A stretch of DNA of 63,590 bases, filler included, from Intoshia linei (taxonomy: Eukaryota; Animalia; Orthonectida): NCBI GenBank assembly GCA_001642005.1. It is 7 parts of 7 records of this genome, joined end to end, with 100 filler letters (N's around TTAATTAATTAA, not from the genome) between each part and the next. Parts side by side here need not be neighbours in the genome. Positions count along the whole stretch, not along the records: positions 48,685 to 58,536 come from LWCA01001339.1; positions 58,637 to 60,635 come from LWCA01002439.1; positions 60,736 to 62,137 come from LWCA01002631.1; positions 62,238 to 63,590 come from LWCA01002653.1; 3 more parts are not named here. The stretch is one strand, 5' to 3'. Under the pieces are notes generated by a model, which had not been told where the DNA came from, made no database searches, and saw only the letters and a program-made list of their open reading frames with translations. The stretch's first letter is position 1. Every line of letters starts with the position of its first letter. A program made the translations under genes and the position numbers. Positions 55,545 through 63,590 of the stretch are shown here, one piece after another.

Positions 55545-57350
55545 ATGCTTATATTGCCTATATGTATATTTTACTGTTTGTTTTATCAAAATATGACCTT
55601 TTGTGATATACATCCACGTTGTCCACTGAAAATTGTTTGGTCTTCAAATTTGATTAAAAAACCAGTACGATTTTATAAAAATTATGGAAACTACTACCAA
55701 ATTAAATTTATTGAATTAGACATGCCCAATTTACTAGAGTATATGATTTATCAAAAAAATCAAAATTTTAAAGATTGTACTTTATATCTCTTGCATTATG
55801 ATACCAATGCTATGATGGATTATTTTGATTTATTTTCCTTTTTTCGTAATCCAATTATTTTCACACTTATTTCACACAAATATATTTATTATAATAAACA
55901 AAACAGTTTATCTCTAACCGTGAGTAATAGAGAAATAGCTCAGATCATTGGGAAATTTTTAATCAGCAATAAAGCCGACAATATTGCAACCTATCGAACT
56001 GTCGGATTTTATGAAAGTTGTTTGCATCAGTCCTTGGTTAATGTCGTCAATTCGAATAAAGGTAATTCATTATTCTACTCAAATTAATCAATGGTTTACA
56101 GCCTTTTCAAGCGATGTCGCCGAATTAGAAATTGTATGACATGGCTGTGGCATGATGTCACTCATGCGTCATACGTATTATGTAATGACAAATGAAATCA
56201 AAGTGTAGTTGTGACGATAACATTGAGAAATTTTTTCCAAGTTCCAAAAGGTGGCGCCACCAATGGTGTTCAAACCCATTGAGATATTGTGAACTAAAAG
56301 GCTGTGTCAGCTTAATATTCGCACTATATCCTAAACAGGTAACCAAATGAGATATAATATTAAAAATAGAACGAAATTCCAAAAAAGTCTTATTGTTATT
56401 ATCTTATTTTACCTGAACCCACATTTTTATTACATTAAAATTGAATCCAAAAGGTTGGGAGCCACTAATTAAAAATCTTTAATAAATATTTAGTACCTTT
56501 ATTAAAAATTGGCTACAACATTTTGGAAGGATCGAATCATTATTTAGAAAATGACGGAATGAAGGTATTGATAGTGATAATCAGACAAGACAGTGAAAAA
56601 TTATTACGAACGCTGGAAACAATCGACCCAAACTGTGAAATTGTACTAATTTTCACTGATTCGTTTTCAATGAATTGGAGAGTGACAAATACATGCCGAG
56701 AAACGTATTATGTTACAACTAAATACTTGGATTTACACAATAGTGGTCAATTTCATACTATAAATAGTAATTTATTTGAAAGTATATTATCATCATACTG
56801 CAACATCTCTGAAAAAAACATGAATAATTACCATTATTTTGATAAAAATATTTTGAAAATCATTACTAGTCAATATGGAGAAATATATTCTAAAAATATG
56901 AAAATAATAAATTACAAAAGAAAACGAAAAATGGCCCAAAATATCATGGTTTATGATTTAAAAGTGGCTAAATTTGCAAGTAAAAATAGTGAAATGTTTA
57001 GAAATTACTATTGCAAGCCCATTTGTTTGGATCACCAGGAAAAGGTGTATGATTTTCGAAACGTTTGCTACGTTTGTAGAGGTAATACTTTTTTATTTAT
57101 TAAACTTACCGATTTTGTTGAACTATTTGAAAAACTTTTAATTCTTTCAATCCTGAATCTTTATTTTTATAAACAAAATCAAATACACATGTTTGATAAA
57201 TAATGAAAACAACTTTACAAATTGCGCCAATGTAATATTTTTATCACAGGTAATATTCAACTATTTCAGTCGCTACCAGATTAAAAAGTTCATATTGCGC
57301 AGAATAGTGCGTTAGAAAACTTTATTAAAATATTAAAAACTTCAAATTGA
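55545..57350 (+). CDS. Divergent secreted or receptor ectodomain, possibly class C GPCR Venus-flytrap plus Cys-rich region (may be a pseudogene)
   Basis: Two long ORFs (180 and 226 aa); signal-like MLILPICIFYCLFYQ; LTVSNREIAQII...IATYRTVGFYES and KVLIVII...FTDSF resemble ANF-receptor-family segments; CKPIC...CYVC. Exon joining unresolved. Confidence 0.4.
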
Positions 57351-57876
57351 TTTACTAGAAATTTACATTCTAAATATAAAATTGTTAATTTTAAATATAT
57401 TTTTTAAATTCAAAATTAATTATTTATTTCATTTGGGCTAAATAATTTAAAAATATACAATTTTATTTAACTTTCCCGAAAGATAGATATACAGAAAAAT
57501 ACATGCTCGGAAAAGCCTATGAGTCAATAGTGACTAAAATAAGTGGGTTTTGATGAATAGTTTCGTAAACAGTTTAAATATCCGAAATTATTTTATAAAA
57601 ATAACTAATATTCGGTTCATTTCAACTGTTGAAATACAAACATAAAATAGACGGACACAGAATGTTTTAAAATTTATTGAGTTTTTTAGTGATAAATAAA
57701 TAGAGAATAAAGTAAATATAAAAATAAAACAAACAATTGTGAACGAGTGATAATTAAAATATTACAAAAAACTAAACTTTTTATTTTAAAAATATAATTG
57801 AGCTATAAAATTGCATGGTTTATAAAAATATATAAGTGTGGAAGTTTAAAAAGTGCGTTGGAAAATGTACATAACC

Positions 57877-58536
57877 CAGGGCCAGATTAACCCCTTTAAG
57901 TGCCCTAAACACTTACACGATTTTAGTGCCCCCTATATATATAAGTAATTCAAAATATAAACAAAAGTAAACTCTAAAATTTTATTTTTCGAAATAAAAC
58001 AAAACTTACGGTAAGCTAAAATATAATTTTTATGTAAATATATATACTTTCACTTCATTTATATTTGAAAAATTTTCTTCTACATTTTATAATTGCAAAG
58101 TCTTTGATAAGATCCTCAAAACTACTCTTGCGTAACATATATGCTTCTATACTTAGTAGAGATAAGTCATCCAACCTGCCTTGTTACTGTTCTGTTGGCA
58201 TTTTTAATATTTTTCAACTGGGAAAATGAACGCTCAGCTGAGCAATTTGTAACCATTAATGTTAAAAATATTCGAAAGACAATTTCTACATTTGGGAATG
58301 CACACTCAATATTGTCGTCTACAATAAGTGAGTAGTGTTTTTTTCATGATGATCAATTACAATAGTATTTCGCCAGTCACTGAACCCTTCTCTGGTAACA
58401 AATTGTGAGAAATTTTTAGGAGCAAAAAGTTTACAAATATAACAATAAACTGATCCTGTTAATGGTGAATACAATAACCACTCTCTCTTGTATTTTTCAC
58501 CATTGGCTTTTGTTCCAATGAAAAGTTTTTGAGAAC
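57877..58536 (-). mobile_element. Internally deleted hAT (ZMYM1/Tip100-like) transposon
   Basis: CAGGGCC terminus; hATC FPNVEIVFRIFLTLMVTNCSAERSFSQLK; TTF-type zinc finger REWLLYSPLTGSVYCYICKLF. Confidence 0.88.
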
Positions 58537-58828
58537 NNNNNNNNNNNNNNNNNNNNNNNNNNNNNNNNNNNNNNNNNNNNTTAATTAATTAANNNNNNNN
58601 NNNNNNNNNNNNNNNNNNNNNNNNNNNNNNNNNNNNCTTAGTTACAAAATTATAATGTTGAATTGGAATTTTACAAGTTTTTAGTTTTAACCCTTACGAG
58701 AAAATTGTATGTATAGATGCCAAAAACTACACTCATAAATTTACATTGGTTTATATACAAACCACAAAACAAATATATCTTTAATGATCGTGGGCTATTG
58801 CATTCAAATTTAACTAAATTGATGAGTA

Positions 58829-59851
58829 CAGTAGTTTCTTGTTTATAAATACAAGAATATCTCGAATACCAGTTTATTCTATTAGCTATTTGAAAACTTC
58901 ATATTAAATATTTATACCTAATTAATATTATATTTTTTAGAATTTTTTAAAAAAACATTAATTATTTAATTTAGTTATTATATCGACAGTGAAAACTAAA
59001 ATTAGTATTTAACGTTTAATTATTTTTATTAACATAAATTGAATTTAAGTATATTTATATTGTATTACATTAAAAATATTATATACAAAATCCGAAGATT
59101 AAAAATAATAACTTAATGACTTAACTGAATGTTGATAATAAGATTAACATTTAATTTTAATTAATTAATTGCATTTATGAATATATAAGTTATTATAATC
59201 TGATTTCATTTCGTGTTTTTGGGTATATACAATTAGTTTATCTACAAAACTTAGCATATCTTGCCTCTCATCCTTGGATATAGATGGTTCAGCATTGTCC
59301 GTATATAAAATTTAAGAATTATTCATAAGTTCAGAATCATCAACGTCCATAGACCGTTCTTCCCAACTAATAATAATGATATTTAATAAACGATCTTTTG
59401 CGCTTTTATATCCGGGTATAGATTTTTCTGATGCATGAGCCAACGTAAATTTTGGAGATTTATTGTAAAATACTGTCGACTCGTCTGCATTCTAAATATG
59501 TTTCATAGAATAATTTTTTTTTGGCGATTATATTATTAAATTTTTCAATGAAGCCAGCAACACATTCACTATTAGCGGATAAACGTTCACCTGTCATTTT
59601 ACAGGTCGAAATTGAAAATCTTTTCTTAAATTTTGACAATCAACGGTATGATTTACCTTCTTCAATTTCGGATATAATTTTTAATTCAGTAAATAAATTT
59701 ATAGCAATTCTTCGTTTGATGCACATATTTAAAATGAAAATAAGCAGACTTTGGGTGATAATTTAATTTATTTTAATTTGACGCAATTATTTTACTCAGC
59801 AACAATTCAAAATTATGTTTTATTGCTGTATTTAATAACGAGAAACTACTG
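58829..59851 (-). mobile_element. pogo/Tigger-like deleted transposon
   Basis: TA|CAGTAGTTTCTTGTT and AACGAGAAACTACTG|TA; HTH-psq-like KRRIAINLFTELKIISEIEEGKSYR; partial copy near 44968-45300. Confidence 0.8.
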
Positions 59852-60003
59852 TATATGAAAAATACCTATACAATAATTATGTGGCTTAACCCTATTTTTT
59901 GTATAATTGTAAGTTGCAAAATCAAGTATTCTTATATCTCAAGTTGATTCTCAATATTTTTATTTAACTTATACATACATTGTCACATTTGTATGTAATA
60001 CAT

Positions 60004-60635
60004 TAGGGTGTCCTAAATGGACATTTTTGTTCGAAATTGAGAAGTATCTTTCAGTGTATGTTCCATTTTTGATATAGAGTATGATACAATATTTAGTTTT
60101 TTATTTAACAGTTAATTTATTTGTAAAAATAATGAAAGTGATAGTATTTTGTTTAAATTTTCTGAGAGTTTTGTATGCGTCAATAAGATTCTGCAATTCT
60201 TTGTAATCATTGCGCCAATTACCACTAATAACTGTGTTGTTTTGGATTTCAATTTCACCAGTATATTGTGATTTTAACAATAAAAAATTTTATTTAAGTG
60301 TTGTGACGAATGAAAATTGTATGTTTGGAGAATTTGGTATCTACTTCAAAGATTGCGAGAAAAACATGCTTCAAAATCAGGCCTAGGATGTGAAACCGAC
60401 AACCTTCATAAGTAAAATTAGTTATATAAATTTTAAATATGTTATGACACCCTGTTTTTTACCTGTGTTTGCGCTTGTCGTATCGCAAATTACCATTGCA
60501 ATTTGATCATTTAGATTAAATTCCTCCAAAATATTTGTAATTTCGTCATATTGTACGACCCTTACCATTATTCAAAGATCGTAAGGCTATAAGTCTTCCG
60601 TAATTTTCTTCAGAAATGCAAACTGCCAATTTTTC
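60004..60635 (-). mobile_element. Decayed hAT-related (hATm-like) transposase
   Basis: TAGGGTG terminus; ICDTTSANTGKKQGV and GCRFHILGLILKHVF motifs. Confidence 0.6.
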
Positions 60636-60735
60636 NNNNNNNNNNNNNNNNNNNNNNNNNNNNNNNNNNNNNNNNNNNNTTAATTAATTAANNNNNNNNN
60701 NNNNNNNNNNNNNNNNNNNNNNNNNNNNNNNNNNN

Positions 60736-61500
60736 AAATTTTTAATGTCTGTACAAGATATTTATTTTTAAATTCACCGTATGGTCCATGGTCTGATGGA
60801 CCATACGATTACAGTTTTGTTTTTTATTTGATACATATCAAAAATTTGATTTAAATATGTTCTAACAGCATTTTTCCCTTTGTCTCCATTGTCGGTACAC
60901 AAAGCAAAAAGGTGTGTTTTTGTAGAGTCAAATACTGCCGTGGTAAATATATTCACCTGTGTGCGTGCCCACAAACCAGCTTGAATTTAATTTTGTGATT
61001 CACAACCATATGCCATTGCAAAATCTACTTACACCACGATTATGTTGTTCATTGGATTATTTGATAATAACGTATCATTTTTAAATGCAGAATGCTGCAA
61101 ACTTTGCGTTCTACTATGTCTCAAAGCATTTTTGTAGTCTTCCCTGACTTTGCTTATTAATATATCTCGTGGCGATATTAATTAATAAAACTACTCTATT
61201 GTTATTGTTTTTGCTCCATTGCCTCTAAGTTACAATATTTTCAGTAGAATCATTTGATTTTACAAAATTTGGACAATTTTTACACTGACCTTTAAAGCAT
61301 TCTGAATTTAAATCGGTGTTACATAAAAAAAAGGATCAGTCAGTAGACCATTTTAATGCGTTTAATTTGTATTTATAGTTTTCATGAATCATGCACTTGC
61401 ACTGATCCTTTGGACAATTATGCATGAGAAAGACGTTATCAGGACGCAATTTACAGAAAATACTAAAGACAATAATTTTTTCATCTTTACAAAATATCAA
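60736..61500 (-). mobile_element. Decayed DDD transposase, Sola2-like
   Basis: FCKLRPDNV...CKCMIHEN; DFAMAY...QN*IQAGLW...QVNIFT; VWS...GPYGEFKN. Confidence 0.55.
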
Positions 61501-62237
61501 ATTATATACTACATAATTCTATCATATTGAAGTACTGACATTTTGATCAATGTGATAATATATTATTTATTTGTTATTATGAGATCCCAATAATTCCTAC
61601 TTGGAGAACCTCGACATTCTTTCAAAATTAAAGAATTTTTTTTATGGGTATAGAGAATATTAGGTTTGATGTTAATTATTATTAGTTAAAACTTAATTGA
61701 ATGTACAATAATGCATAATAGTTTTTCAATTAGTAAATAAAACAATAATTATATACCTTCTTCTATAATTTTTTTTTCCTTTCTCTATCATTTTTCTTGA
61801 CTTCATCGTTATTCTTTGTCTTTTTTGCGCAATTGGAACAATGTTCAGTTGTATTGGTCATATTTATATCAATTGATTGATTCATTTAATTAATTTCAAT
61901 TTAAACTTATTGGCGTTACAGTATTTAAAAGTCTCAGAATGACATCTTAACGATGCTTATTTCTAAATTCCTTTTCAAATAAGATGCATATGTAACTGTC
62001 TCACATCACATTAAAATTTCATAGTTTTATTAAAATGTGTAAATATTTATTTTAAAATAACTATAATTGGAAGTTTTGGCATCACAGAATTTTTTTGATT
62101 TTGATTTTATCAATTATCTCAGCTTATTTTTTAATTANNNNNNNNNNNNNNNNNNNNNNNNNNNNNNNNNNNNNNNNNNNNTTAATTAATTAANNNNNNN
62201 NNNNNNNNNNNNNNNNNNNNNNNNNNNNNNNNNNNNN

Positions 62238-62394
62238 TCTCCATTTTACCACCAAATGCGCCCTTAAAATTTCTCTTCTCGAAATTTTTTAGTTTCTTTC
62301 CCAACGCCAACTCTTTACTAAGTAGACTCGCCTTTGATCCAGTATCTATCAAAACTTTCACGCCCTTTCCTTCCAATTCCATTAATAACAGCAT
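62238..62394 (-). mobile_element. Retroelement aspartic protease fragment
   Basis: VKVLIDTGSKASLLS with a flap-like KGAFGG; cut by linker. Confidence 0.7.
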
Positions 62395-62720
62395 GTGCCA
62401 CAGATTATTTATTTTATATAATAAAAAAACTTACGAAAAAAAATTTTTGTGTCGGACTTGATTCTAAAATGTTCTATTTCTGAATTGAAGATTTAGCAAA
62501 ATTTAATTAACAGACGTAAAATGTGTTTATTTTAGAATGAACAATGTTCATTAAGTTACAATAGTTACAAGTATATTACAATATGATGGAGATTCCACTG
62601 AAAACAAAATTGTACACAGAAACACATACATTTGGCAACAGTGTAGTAGTAGTTTAGTTACTAAATTGTGAATTTAAAATTTATTATCAATCTTTATTTT
62701 AAATAAAAATATAATCCAAC

Positions 62721-63590
62721 ATGTCAAATTTAACAGAACGGGAAAAAGAATATGTAACAAGTGAAGACGTGATTAAAAAAACGGCATTTGAAGAAATGGG
62801 TCTCAGTGAACAAGTTCTGAGAGGAATATATTCTTATGGTACGAAACTAAGTTATTAATTAGATTGGTTTAATTTAGGTTTTCAGTTACCAACTGCCATT
62901 CAACAAAGGGCTATTGTGCCGATTATGGCTGGAAGAGATACCATAGCACAGTAATTTTTTACATATTTTTGTAGAATTTATTCCCATTTATAATTAACAA
63001 TTAATATGGTAAATTAATTACTTAAAATCTAGAGCACAGTCTGGTACAGGAAAAACAGCAACATTTGCTATTGCTGCTTTGGAAATTGTTGATAAATTGA
63101 CTAGGGAGTGTCAAGTTTTGGTGTTGAGTCCAACTAGAGAATTAGCTCAACAAATTCAAAAGGTATTTCATCCTTTTAGTTTATACCGTTTAACAGTAAA
63201 TGAGAATGATTTGAATTTGATGGTTTTAAGCATTTTTTCGATTAAATTGGGTTTTTAAATTTCGTATGCAAACATTTACACTAAACTTCTACGCAATATG
63301 GTAATTTTATATCACTTTTATCAAATTTTGAGATAAAATCTCCAATTGTGTAAATAAATCAAATGTAAATAAATCAGTCTAGTACAGAGGTCGCCAATTA
63401 ACCCGTTTAAATAAGTATTTTCTTAAAAAAGAAAATATTTTATAGACCCCAAATACAGACTACTTTGACAAACTTAGTTTTATATGTGAAATATTTAATA
63501 ATAATGTGACTTTAGGTTTGTTTGGCACTTGGAGAATATGCGAAAGTTCAATGCCATTGTTGTATTGGTGGTACCAATTTAGGGGATGAT
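62721..63590 (+). CDS. eIF4A: eIF4A-family DEAD-box helicase, 5' part (leans eIF4A3-like)
   Basis: Exons 62721-62838, 62878-62950, 63033-63161, 63516 to window end: [44 protein letters not shown]. Confidence 0.93.

Overview
Very AT-rich animal genomic DNA in seven contigs joined by six artificial 100-nt linkers (N44-TTAATTAATTAA-N44). Genes carry many 34-47 bp GT-AG introns plus a few long transposon-filled ones; this architecture suggests a reduced invertebrate such as the orthonectid Intoshia (inference only). Genes spliced by hand: DYRK2-class kinase; Inactive/OSM-9 TRPV channel; a 3-exon MyoD-family bHLH whose helix III exons the ORF track misses; an MFSD1 pseudogene plus a truncated open copy; a 7-exon mRpL48 absent from the ORF track; partial AHI1 with a very long Lys-rich N-terminus; ODF3/SHIPPO-repeat protein; an ABCG pseudogene; NAXD; a possible Venus-flytrap receptor ectodomain; and the 5' part of an eIF4A-family helicase. 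The rest is dense in DNA transposons: a dominant non-autonomous Helitron family with internal tandem repeats, hAT MITEs with 8-bp TSDs, Tc1/pogo and piggyBac-like MITEs, and decayed transposase and LTR fragments. I found no prokaryote-type system, CRISPR array or RNA gene, and nothing I can call a new system outright. The best leads are two tail-to-tail gene pairs with stop codons 50 and 25 bp apart, the hidden exons, the Helitron family and the AHI1 repeat domain. Family assignments come from remembered motifs, not database searches.
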